Made by a program: the position numbers and the translations under genes. The notes beneath the pieces were generated by a model, which was given only the letters and a program-made list of their open reading frames with translations, was not told the DNA's origin and searched no databases. DNA of 64,000 nucleotides from Nemertoderma westbladi (lineage: Eukaryota > Animalia > Xenacoelomorpha), in NCBI GenBank assembly GCA_032718475.1, contig JAUCBJ010003349.1:1-64000 (forward strand). The letters run 5' to 3'. Shown here in pieces: positions 36,640-48,144 of the stretch (its first letter is position 1; the number at the start of each line of letters is the position of its first letter).

Positions 36640-36904
36640 TTAAGTCATATGTTATTTAATTATCTGTGAAAAATATTAAAGAAGAAGCTTCTTCACAAAG
36701 AAACATCACTTATGGTCTTGATTGAACTAATAAAATCATAAGTAGGTGATTAAATTCACCTACTTCTGCTACTTCTAATGTCAGACTACTGTCCACCAAG
36801 CCGCCGTACGTGTTTCAAGGTTCGTGCAACGACTACCGAAGTTCCGGGCCCAGTTGTGCGTGGTGGCCGGTGACCCAGTTACTGGTACCCACCCCGGGGC
36901 CGAC

Positions 36905-37500
36905 GTTTGGGCATCGCACTTCTCAGTACGGCCACCGCGCTTCTCAGTTCGGGCACCGCGCTTCTCAGTTCGGGCACAGCGCTTCTCAGTTCGGGCACCG
37001 CGCTCCTCTTTTCGGGCACCGCGCTTCTCAGTTCGGGCACCGCGCTCCTCTTTTCGGGCACCGCGCTTCTCAGTTCGGGCACCGCACTCCTCTTTTCGGG
37101 CACTGCGCTTCTCAGTTCGGGCACCGCGCTCCTCTTTTCGGGCACCGCGCTTCTCAGTTCGGGCACCGCGCTCCTCTTTTCGGGCACCGCGCTTCTCAGT
37201 TCGGGCACAGCGCTTCTCAGTTCGGGCACCGCGCTCCTCTTTTCGGGCACCGCGCTTCTCAGTTCGGGCACCGCGCTCCTCTTTTCGGGCACCGCGCTTC
37301 TCAGTTCGGGCACCGCGCTCCTCAGTTCGGGCACCGTGCTCCTCTTTTCGGGCACCGCGCTTCTCAGTTCGGGCACCGCGCTCCTCTTTTCGGGCACCGC
37401 GCTTCTCAGTTCGGGCACCGCGCTCCTCAGTGCGGGCACCACGCTCCTCAGTTCGGGCACCGCGCTCCTCAGTTCAGGCACCGCTCTCCTCTCCGTTCGG
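36905..37500. repeat. GC-rich 21-bp minisatellite (TTCGGGCACCGCGCTTCTCAG / TTCGGGCACCGCGCTCCTCTT), about 28 copies
   Basis: Directly visible; two unit variants largely alternate. Confidence 0.95.
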
Positions 37501-37827
37501 GCGCCGCCCTCTTCTCAGTCTGTTTAAATACCACCCATATGGCATATGACTGCATCACCCTTCAATGCGATCACTATTTACAAATCAATAACTGTTATCA
37601 TTACAATCTCTTCTATACGCCAGCATCCTTCTACCATCAATTTATCTCACCTCACCTGTAACTGCTTATCGTTTGCCGTCCCATTTATTGCTGTTTCATA
37701 TTTTATTGCTGTACCGCCCGATTAGGCTAATAGGGCCTACTTTTGTATCACCATTTGGCTACTCCGGTTACATTTTCTTACCAAATATTGCAAATATTGT
37801 TATCATTTCGACATTCAAAAAAGTTTA

Positions 37828-38418
37828 ATGGATCCAAACACCACAATCAATCTCAGTTCCGATTTTATATCCGATAGCGTCCTCCTCTTTGACCCTCCAT
37901 CTGTAGATAAACCATCTTTCCTCCTGGCTGGCCGTTCCATCTCTGAAGCCGACATCAGCACCCTCTCAGGCAAAAACTGGCTGAATGACAATATTATCGA
38001 GGCAATCTCTGAATTCTTCTGCCTCCAATACCCCGGTAAAGCAAAGGTTTTCAGCACCCAGTTTTTTAACACCCTCATGTCACCCAACGGGATCTCTAGG
38101 GTCCGCCACTGGTCCCAGGCAGACACATTTTCCTATGATGTACTTTTTTTCCCAATAAACGTGGGGGGCTATCATTGGTCTTTGGCATCCTTCTCCCCCC
38201 AATCAGGGGTCATCAATTACTATGACTCATTCGGTGGAATTGATGGACAGTGTGTAGCTGCCCTCCAACACTGGGGGGTTACAGCCACTTCATCACGTCA
38301 CAGCATCCAAACGCCCCCAACTAGGTACCATAACCATTTAGGTTATTTTCTTATTCGCTGCCGTGTCTATGCCACATATTTGTTGCTTACGTGTTCTATT
38401 CAGAAATTATATATATAA
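37828..38418 (+). pseudogene. Ulp1/SENP-family (C48) SUMO-protease domain, C-terminally incomplete
   Basis: Motifs WLNDNII, FSTQFF, FFPINVGGYHWSL and YYDSFG place the catalytic His and Asp. The Q..DCG catalytic Cys motif is not present in this ORF. Confidence 0.8.
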
Positions 38419-38458
38419 CTGAATGTTTTTATTAAAATGTATCACTTGTAATTTTCAA

Positions 38459-38657
38459 TGTAATAAATTTGACTCGATCAAGTTGTAAAAATGAATATTT
38501 ATACAGATGTTTTTACCTGTAATATGATTATGGTGTTTGTTTTTCCCACGACTTATTGTTAAATTTAACATTGCAATAAAAACAAACATCGCAATCATAT
38601 TACTGGTAAAAACAAAGAATATTCATTTCTACAACTTAAACATGTCAATTTATTACA
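38459..38657. repeat. ~200-bp imperfect palindrome
   Basis: Arms TGTAATAAATTTGAC…TGTTTTTACCTGTAATATGATT and AATCATATTACTGGTAAAAACA…GTCAATTTATTACA around a central TGTTAAATTTAACA. Confidence 0.8.
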
Positions 38658-39224
38658 GCGATACAGTTTAAAATTTATCATTTATAATATTTTTCGTATT
38701 TATTTATTATTATGGCTTTAATGCAAAAAACCGGAGCAACAAACAGCTGGAGATTTACTTACAATAAATATACTTGCACTGTAGTTCACAGCAAGTATTT
38801 TATTGTGAATTCTCAGGATGACAACGAAACAATCTGTTTTTCTCATCAAGATACCCGCTATTTGCTGGACATTCTAGAAACAACCAACAATCAACATCAA
38901 TCCAGACAACCAATTAGTAACCAAAGCACCAAAGTAGGATATATCCCACTCTTAGTTTTGCGCGAGGAAATTTGAATATCGGATATATTTGAATACCCCA
39001 CATCGGGTGATGTTTACGTTCAGAAACATGGCAAATGTAAACTTCTAAACAAAGCTTTTACTGAAGTTCTAATTCAATACAGGGGGAAATTATTGCAATT
39101 TCTCTCTCCACCGCTAGAGATTATTGGCAATCAATTCTACATTGAATTATCAAATCCAGAGTTTATTGGATTTGTAACAGCATTCAAGGAAACCAACTAT
39201 GTTGGTTTATGGAAAATCACCCTC

Positions 39225-39459
39225 AGATACGCTGATAGTGTTGGTTTTAGCTATTATACGGGTTTTAATTTGTCAAATCAGGAACTAACCGCTTTGTTGA
39301 ATGAGTGAGATACGCAAATCGACGAAACAAGCAAGCATCTTTTTGATGATTTTAAAAATATCATTCAACTATCAGACCGTCTCAAAATGATTAAAACCGA
39401 TAAAAAAATTATTATTACCAACACTGACAATCCTACTGAAGCGGGAGCAGGTGGAAATT
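39225..39459 (+). repeat. 235-bp direct duplication flanking the RTE, second copy at 42022-42257
   Basis: AGATACGCTGATAGTGTTGG…GAAGCGGGAGCAGGYGGAAATT on both sides, with about a dozen differences. Confidence 0.92.
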
Positions 39460-42021
39460 ATACTACTACTCTACGAGCGAACTCGGACAGTGGAAATGAG
39501 ATCCTTCTAGGCTTCCCGATTCTCCATAGTTGTCGCAATTTTGCGCTCGTCCACGACTACGCTTTCCATGAGTTCTGCGTTCACGGAGGGTGGTTGATAC
39601 AGGTGGTATTGTACCATAAAGCTCGGCGTTTGTCATGTGTTGTCCCCAGCTGATGTTTAGGGCTGCCCTTAGTAGTCTTGTGTAGCAACCATCAATTCGT
39701 TGTTCAAGTGATTTAGTCAGTGTCCAGGTCTCACCCCCGTATAAAAATACACTTTCCACTGTGGCTCGAAAGAACTTAGTCTTCAGGTGCCTGGAGAGAT
39801 CTGATTTCCAGATGGTATCCATTTTTGATAGAGCTACCCAAGCCTTTGCTTTACTAACTTCTATGTCCTTTTTGCTACTCTCTATCCATGATCCAAGGTA
39901 CTGGAAGTCATCAACCTTCCTTAGTTGATTATTATCAATGGTTGTCAAGTTTCCATCAACATTAAAGGTCATGAATTCGGTCTTTGTAACATTTATATGC
40001 AATCCAACCTCCTTAGCAGCCCTCTCCACTATATTTAGTAGAAGCTGTGCATCTGCTAGCGTATTAGAGAGCAGGGCGATGTCATCCGCAAAGTTGGTGT
40101 CTGTGACTGTAGTTGCCGGATATCTACTACTTCTGCGTTCTTGAAGTGTGAATCCCAGATCTTCACCCTTTATGGCCGTCCTCATTGCGTAATCCAGCAC
40201 AATTGCAAATAGTAATGGTGCTAATGTGTCACCTTGCAGTACGCCAGCCAGGTTTGAGAAGAACTCAGTTTCACAATCTTGTGAGAATATAATTGTCACA
40301 ATATAACAATTCAATGCCAGCAACAATTACTTCTGGTATTCCATAAGCTCTTAGGATTTCAAGCATTTTACCTCTATGGATGGAGTTTAATGCCTTCTTG
40401 AAGTCCACAAAAGTCATGACAGCGGGGAGATTCTTTGACTTAATTCCTTCAATCAGTCTCCGTAGTGCAAGTATCTGAGCTATTGTTGATCTACTTGGTC
40501 GAAATCCGTTTTGGCTCTTACGCTGTAGTTTCTCTATGTGAGGCCTAATCCTATATAGAATCATTTTATTGTATATTTTGGCAGCTACCACAAGCAGAGA
40601 GATCCCACGATAGTTTGTTGGTATGCCAAGGTCTCCTTTCTTGGGGAGAGGCTTTAGTTGACCTTTAGTCCAAATTGGTAGTGGCTTTTCCCCTTTTAAC
40701 ATCCGGTTGCAAACATTCAATAATGGTCTGTTTAGCACTCCGGTTTTCCATACCTCCGCTGGGATTTCATCTAATCCACTCGCTTTATTATTGAACATGC
40801 TTTTAATGCTTCTTTGGAGTTCGGCAGGTGTGAAGTCCCCTGTTTCTATAGGTAGTGTCTTGTCATATATTTTCCTTGTAGGGCTGACCTCGATGTTTGG
40901 TGGCTGCCCAAGCAAGTTGCTGAAGTGATTTTTCCACTTCCCAACACATTCTTCAGGACTATCGGCTTTGAGGAGCCCCTTTGCACAACTTTTCCGACCA
41001 GATACCTCATTTACAGTTTGCCAGGTAAGTCTTGATTGTTGCTGTATGTGAGCAGTTGTAATTGCTTCAATTTTATCCTGTATGTACTTTTCCTGGCTGA
41101 TGTTGTAGGCCAATTTAAGATCGTCCTTAGCTTTCTCAACCTTGTTAATGTTTTCAGTTGTTGGTTGTTCGGTTTTAACTTTGTAGGCTATCTTAAGATC
41201 TTCTCTCTTACAAGTAACCTCAGAGTTTTGCCATGGCACATACTGTTTTCGTTTGGGTTTCTGGGGAATATGCTTCTTAGCTGATTCCTTGTGGGCTGTT
41301 ATTATATTCTGGTATATTGAATTGGTGGATTGGTCTTCATCCATTGACTGAAGTGCTTCAAAGCGGTTTTGAACTTCTACTGTATAAGCATCCTTTACAG
41401 CATTGTCAGTTCTGAGTTTCTCCCAGTCATATTTGATTTGCTTGCTTGTCCTGGGTTTGCTGGCTCTCAAACTGAGTCTGATCTCTGCAGTCACAATTCT
41501 GTGGTCCGAACCAATTAGCTTGAACGAGCTGTATGCCTCGCAGTTGATCATGCTGTTTCTCTACTTTTTGTTTATAAGGATGTAATCCAGTTGTGCTTTG
41601 GTTCCATTAGGGTATTGAAAGGTCCATAGCTTCCCCTTACTCTTTTCGAATGTGTTGTTTGTTGGTATCAATTCACATTCTTTATTTGGTCTAAAAGTAA
41701 GTACCCATTTCTGTTAGAACTGGTGTTATAGGTGTAACCCTTGATGTCTTCTGGGCTAATTTGTGCATTCAGGTCACCAGCAATGACTTTAACATTGTGT
41801 TTCGGAATGTCCTTTATAAGTCCAGTCAGTTCTTCATAAAACTTGACTGCTTGTTCTGGCCCTGAGGCATTGGTTGGACTGAAGCAACATATAACTGCTG
41901 CCTTGGGATTCCCATCAAATGTTGCGATCATAACCCTGGAATTTATAGATTCGATGTTGTTTAGGGTCTTAAGTGCAAATGGGCTTAGCAGAATTCCTAC
42001 TCCACCAATTGATATATAGCT
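39460..42021 (-). mobile_element. 5'-truncated RTE-clade LINE (partial APE endonuclease plus RT), frameshifted
   Basis: Motifs GGVGILLSP, AGDLNAQI, QLDYIL, GSDHRIV, QNGFRPSRST, FVDFKKA, GVLQGDTLAPLLF, FADDIALL and DFQYLGSWI. Short (AGT)n tail at ~39461-39470. Confidence 0.93.
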
Positions 42022-42737
42022 AGATACGCTGATAGTGTTGGTTTTAGCTATTATACGGGTTTCAATTTGTCAAATCAGGAACTAACCCCTTTGTTGAATG
42101 AGTGGGATACGCAAATCGATGAGACAATCAAGCATCTTTTTGATGATGTTAAAAATATCATTCAACTATCAGACCGTCTCAGAATGATTAAAACCGATAA
42201 AAAAAATTATTATTACCAACACTGATAATCCTACTGAAGCGGGAGCAGGCGGAAATTCTATTGAGTTGCATTACTTGAATGATAAAGCCCATAATAGTTT
42301 TTTCAAAGTAGCAATGGATGGTGTTTCTCTTACTGAGGCTAATGTAGATCGTTTTATCATTTTGGATATACCCAAAGCATTCGTTGAGATTCCATCACCA
42401 AAACCAGATGTTGAAGAGAGTTGAGCTCAACCGCAACATGTCTTTCCTGAAATATTACCACGGAAGCCGAGATCGTCAAATTAACCAATGCAACAGCTGC
42501 AACGAAACAGAAAGTTGTTGTTACCTCATTTCCAGTAGATGAGGCTAATAATTTTACTTCAAAACCCGAGGTCATGCCTGGAAACCCTTATTGGTGATTG
42601 GTGATTGTTTTAAAATTATTTCGCTCGGTAGCATATAAATGTTTAGATATAGCCAATAACATTTCATTTTATATTAATCTTTGGTGATATTTTATTATTA
42701 TTATTATTATTATTATATAATCTAAACAAACTTCAAT

Positions 42738-45700
42738 ATGGATAGTAATATGTTGTTCATTCTGTCATATGAATGTAACTAGACATAATTATTTATGACA
42801 CCTAAAGTCGCATTTTGAAGTTTATTCTTGTTTTAAGTGTCATGTCACGACTTCAAGCGGTGAAATTTGTAAACGACATGAATCAACTACGGGTTGTAAA
42901 GAAATGGTGTTTCGCACCTATCAATTGACTTGTTCTACGTGTAATAAAGATTACTCATATGAGAATTATTTACGACACGACTGTCACTTGAAATGTTATT
43001 ACACAAGAAAGCGTAAATCAACGCAACATAAAAATATAATATCTAGAAAAAACGTAAGACTGGCTCTTGGTACATGTGCAACAATTTTTACTCGGGAACA
43101 AGCCACTCACGATAATCGTCTTGAAATTTATGTCCATGACCTTCCAACTTCTAGAGATTATCCCGATGTAGAAACAGCATTAGCGCAAATTCGAGGTAAT
43201 ATTCTTCAGTTAATATTAGACAGATTGAAAGAAATGAATGTTCTTAGACTGTGGTTAGGTCTAAATGTATTAATGAACAGAACACATTTTTCAGAAGGTG
43301 AGCAATTAGAAACCCTTTATTTTAATTCTTCCAGTGGTGCTATTAATACTATAGATTCATCAGAAAGTTTTGATATTTGGTCTGAGTATGTTTTAGAAAA
43401 TATATTACAAAAAATAGCCATGTTTAACAAACGTGGTTCAGGCTGATGCAATAAATCTTTATTAAGAGTTGAAATTAAATTAGCTGATTCTAAGTGTAGG
43501 TCGTTACTATATAAGGGACATGGATATATGGAATTACCTACGGCTATATCGAGTAAACCATGTACAATAAATGTACAAAATAACCGCAAAATTTAGTTTA
43601 GTCATTTCATTTTTGACAACGGGAAAAATGATTATCCAACAGAGTGGCAGTTAGCGATTCAACTTTTTGAAAAACAAAATTCGAAATATATAATTAATTT
43701 ATTATGCTGGAATAACAACAAACAGACCCCTGTATCTATATTAAGACAACCTCCATTTAGTAAAATTACACCAGATAAAGAGTTATTAAATATATTACTT
43801 GTAGTAAAAAATAACAATGCATCTAAACAAATTCATTATGTTTGTATAACTAACTTGAATCGATTGCTGAATACGAGAGCTCTACATATCCGCAATAGAT
43901 AATATTGCGAAAGGTGTTTAACCCATTTCTACCGCAAGGATGTTCTCCAACGACACCGTCTTGCATGTTATCAAGGAAGAAGTCAACGTGAGAAATTACC
44001 TAATAAAAAAAGAACACATATTAGTTTTACAAATTTAGATAGAACCTTATCCCCACTGTTTGTCACCTACTCCGATATAGAATGTATCTTACAACCCTCA
44101 GTTAATAATAATAATAATCAATTTACACATAAGCATATACCGTGTGCTGTGAGTTATTTAATTGTTCCAATTAGTGAATTAATTGATCCTCCAAAATGTC
44201 ATTTGAAAACATTCGTAAAGTCAAATAATAATAATAATTGTATTCAAGATTTCTTAGATTCATTATATACTAATTTAACTGAATTATGTCGCTGGTCAGA
44301 ATTATATACCCATAAAAGTATGTTATTTAATAATATTCATTTTTTAAATTTTGAACAGGCAAAAATTTGTGTATATTGTAATGTTACTTTAAATAATAAT
44401 ATAGGGAAAAACAGACATCACTCACATATTACAGGTAAATATATCGTAGCAGCCTGTAATAGTTGTAACCGAAGTTTATCATTGAAACGATACCTGTATG
44501 TACTTTGAGGGCACAATGCCAATAACTACGATATACATTGTATATTACAAACCGGATTTAGAGATAAGAAATACACGGATTGGGATATAAAGGTTATACC
44601 GAGAAATACAGAACGATATATTTCACTGAGTGCATTTATCCCAATTAAAAACACTTCTAAAAAAATTGAGTTACATGTCTTAGACACATATCAATTTTTA
44701 AGCTTTTCCCTAAGTAATTTAGTTGAATGTTCAACAAAGGATGTAGCGAGTCATGATATAAGCTCAATTTTACCTATTACTCTACAAGAAATGAAATATT
44801 TTTATCCAAACTTGAATAACTCAACAATTAATCAGAAAGGAGTATTTCCATACGAGTACTTGACAGATATAAATAAATTTAATGATACCGGTTTACCATC
44901 TATAAATAATTTTTTTAGTAACTTAAGTCAAAAAACATGTACAATTGAAGATTATAGGTTTGCTGGATTATCATGGGTAGAATTCGACTGTGTGAATCTC
45001 AAAGATTATCTTTTAGCCTATTTAAAACTCGATGTTTGTTTGCTTGCTGATATATTTGAGAATTTTAGGAATGTTTGTAAACAAAATTACGATTTAGAAG
45101 TGGTTTTTTACTGCAGTATCGCATCATTTACATATGATTGCGCGCTAAAATATAATAAATGTAAAATATAATTAATAAAGGATTACCAGACATACAGAGA
45201 TTTTGAAAAATCAATTAGGGGTGGTGTTTCATTTTGTCGTAAGCATTATATAGAATCAAATATACCCGAAACAAGTACATATGATTCTACTAAGGAAGAA
45301 TGTCATATTTTTAATATTGATTTCAACTCATTATATTCTGGGAATTTAAGTAAAAACTACCCACCTCACAATTCAAAGAAGTAAGTATTAAACATTTAGA
45401 GAATGCAATTCCAGAAGAACTAATCGAGTACATGGTAGATTTAGACAATGACGGATCTACAGGATATTTTTTAATATGTGATTTAAAATACCCCAAAGCT
45501 ATTCACGATCACATTACAATTACTGTTAGCCCCCGAGCATTTAAGTATAAATGAATAAATGCTTTCACCGTATATGAGGGAACAATTTAATAACTTATCG
45601 GAATAAAGAGGCACCTCCGGTAAATATAAGATGTCTACAGCAAAACTCTTGCTGACGCAATTTGATAAAGAATTTTATCATTTACATTTGAAACTGTTAA

Positions 45701-46480
45701 AATTTTATATAAAACAAGGATTAATTGTTACTAAACTACATAAATTATATTCTTTTCAACAAGAATTTGTATTTAAAAATTACATAGATTTTAATATTAA
45801 TCAAAGGCGACTAGCAAAAAGTTACATTGAAATGGCCGTCGCGAAGCTGCTTAATAACTCTTTATTTGGTAAGTCAATAGAAAAGATATGGGACGGGATC
45901 GATGTAACTTTCGTATTGCAAATGGCAATGAGAAATGTGACCAATTGGTGAAACGTATTAATCATGAACAATTTATAATATACAATAATACATTATCGGG
46001 CCATTTATTGGTACCTCTTTGGCAACTCTTGATAAGCCTATTTTTATTGGCAGCGCAGTGTTGGATTTAGCCAAACTCGATTTATATGAGCTATACTAAG
46101 ATAAATTACTTCTAATACAAAAAGAATTAAACTGCCGAATAGAAATTGTAGCATCAGATACAGACTCTTTAATAGGTTGTTATTATAATACATCACAGAG
46201 TACCTCCAATTACCCACCGGATCACCCACTTTGTAGTAACATAAATAAATCGAAACTTTATTACTGTAAAGATGAACTAGCCTCATGTGAAATTAAACAA
46301 GCAGTATTTTTAAGACCAAAATTATATTCAATTTTGGAATGAAATAGCAGAAATATTCGCAGAGCAAAAGGTATTACAAGAGCTGTTGTGGAAAAGAATA
46401 TTACTCATGAAGAATATTTAAAAGCATATAACACAAATGAAGAAATAAAAAAAAATACACAGAATAACTTAATAACAGAA
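42738..46480 (+). pseudogene. polB: Protein-primed family B DNA polymerase (Polinton/Maverick/adintovirus type with an endonuclease-VII-like zinc domain), with many stops and frameshifts
   Basis: Ordered motifs: RGSG*, YMELP..INVQN, YSDIECIL, CVYC..HHSHITGKYIVAACNSCN, HNANNYDIH, DTYQFL, KGVFPYEY, YLKLDVCLLADIFENFR, IRGGVS, IDFNSLY, KLLNNSLFGKSIE, SDTDSL (~46154-46171), LRPKLYS and RAKGI. Confidence 0.9.
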
Positions 46481-47363
46481 AAATACACTTCCTTGGGGGC
46501 ACTATAAAACAAAGCTTAAAAAACCTATAAAAAAATCAAATATACCAATTTATAAAGAACCAGAAGATGAATTATCAAATAATAAAAAAAAATATAAGTT
46601 GTAAGCAGATCATTTTTGGACTTAATCCCCTGTTAGCAGTATATTACCGGTACTATACTACTGTACTACACTGACTGCACCGAACCTAACACTGTCAGAC
46701 TTCCTGGTACCAACGAATACGGAGTTCTAGAGTAGAACTTAGAACTTAGAACCGCGTCACCTGTATTCTGCGTTAGTCCTACTCGCGATGCCCTGCTGCA
46801 CTTGCAGTAGCTCTGGCTCGGGTAGCCGTTGTAAGAGGTGCGCCTGCGTAAATGCGGGACGTGTTTGTACAAACTGCGCACCAGGATGAAGGGGAACTGT
46901 TTCAACGGCGGGGGGACATCTTCCTCACAGTCATTGCCTTACCCCTACCGAGAGAAGCTTATATCCATTGATTCCGTTCCGGGTTCACTTTCGCAGCCGT
47001 TGCCAGCGGATAGTGGATAGTGGTGGTTGGTTATCAGGATAAGAGCTGAAGAGGGAGATGATGACTGGCATGACAGCATGACACATTGGTGGACTTTGAT
47101 GCAACGTTAACTAATGTAACCAGTCTTTTGAGTATCCCAGCGTCCAGCGAGTCGGGTGTCCCAGTGGCCAATGCATCGGGTGCCCACCAAGCTCCAACGT
47201 CGTTTGTTGTCACCAACCAGGTCCCCATTGTTACAGGTATTGTGGCTGCCCCCCCCCCCCCCCTGCCCACTGCCCCAATGGTGTCAGGGGCTGTCCCCCA
47301 AGTTCCCACGGTGCCAGGAGTTGTCCCATTCTGCTAAGTACTGAAGTAGGGCATCTACGCTGA

Positions 47364-48113
47364 ATGCGTTCGGCGCACAATTTTTTCCAGTATTTGGAGC
47401 AGGCTCAGAAAATTGAGAGCGCGGCGCCGCGCAGGCGCAGTAAATCGGATACAGTAAATGACCTCATTGAGTCAAACAAGCGAAATAACATCCCATTAGC
47501 TGATCGTCGTGCGGAACTTACTTCCGAGAACAGGCAGCAACAGCAAACTCATTCTTTGAGGGACAACAGAAATGAGGCTGAGCAGAGAGATAACAAGCGA
47601 ATGAACATAATTATGCATAATGTTCCAATTCCTGACTCAACAAACAGCAGTCATCGAGGTGATTACGATACAAAGATAATCAATGCTTGCCTTGGGGAAA
47701 TTGGATGTAATGACATTCAGCCACGATCAACCAGGCGACTTCGTCGCTTTGTAAATCATCGACCTTTTGGTTTCTGTGATAAGGTTGTAGTGACTTTCCG
47801 ACAAGAATCTGACAAATGGAAGGTTCTCAATTCATTATACAGTCGTGAAAGCAACATTGTATCTGTCACTCTTCCAACTAATGATATACAGGCGTTTCGT
47901 ATCACTCCAGATAGGACTCGCCGGGAACTGGAGTCTGTTCGGCAGCGATATGCAGCCAAGAATAATCGGAACACTACTGCTTCTGTCACACAGGAAACTG
48001 TTTCATTAAACAATTCTATAAATATTGCCATCACACCTACACTCGCAAATGATACATTTCCTGGGCAGCACTCTCAAAACAGCCCGTCAAGTGCTACTGG
48101 TGGACCACAATGA
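47364..48113 (+). CDS. LINE ORF1, C-terminal part (RRM-like)
   Basis: KRMNIIMHNVP…RRL…VVVTF…RITPDRTRRE is a CR1/L2-type ORF1 pattern. The true N-terminus is probably upstream (~47077) and disrupted. Confidence 0.65.
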   Translation: MRSAHNFFQYLEQAQKIESAAPRRRSKSDTVNDLIESNKRNNIPLADRRAELTSENRQQQQTHSLRDNRNEAEQRDNKRMNIIMHNVPIPDSTNSSHRGDYDTKIINACLGEIGCNDIQPRSTRRLRRFVNHRPFGFCDKVVVTFRQESDKWKVLNSLYSRESNIVSVTLPTNDIQAFRITPDRTRRELESVRQRYAAKNNRNTTASVTQETVSLNNSINIAITPTLANDTFPGQHSQNSPSSATGGPQ

Positions 48114-48144
48114 CATCAGCTAACAGACAGAATCTACATTCAAC

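Larger units (their letters stand above)
38712..42597 (+). pseudogene. Decayed ORF with a PC4-like ssDNA-binding segment, interrupted by the RTE LINE
   Basis: ORFs at 38712, 39093 and 39387 share one frame separated by single stops; the second duplicate copy has TGG where the first has TGA. FVTAFKETNYVGLWK…TGFNLSNQELTAL resembles the PC4 pattern. The 3' boundary is approximate. Confidence 0.5.

Noticed and set aside
36810-37661. 200-283 aa ORFs in four frames
   Set aside because: They are by-products of a stop-free 21-bp minisatellite, with no independent evidence of coding.
46640-46670. Polinton terminus (ACTACT-like) after pPolB
   Set aside because: TACTAC/TACCGGTA words are common throughout this window, and no matching inverted left end was found.
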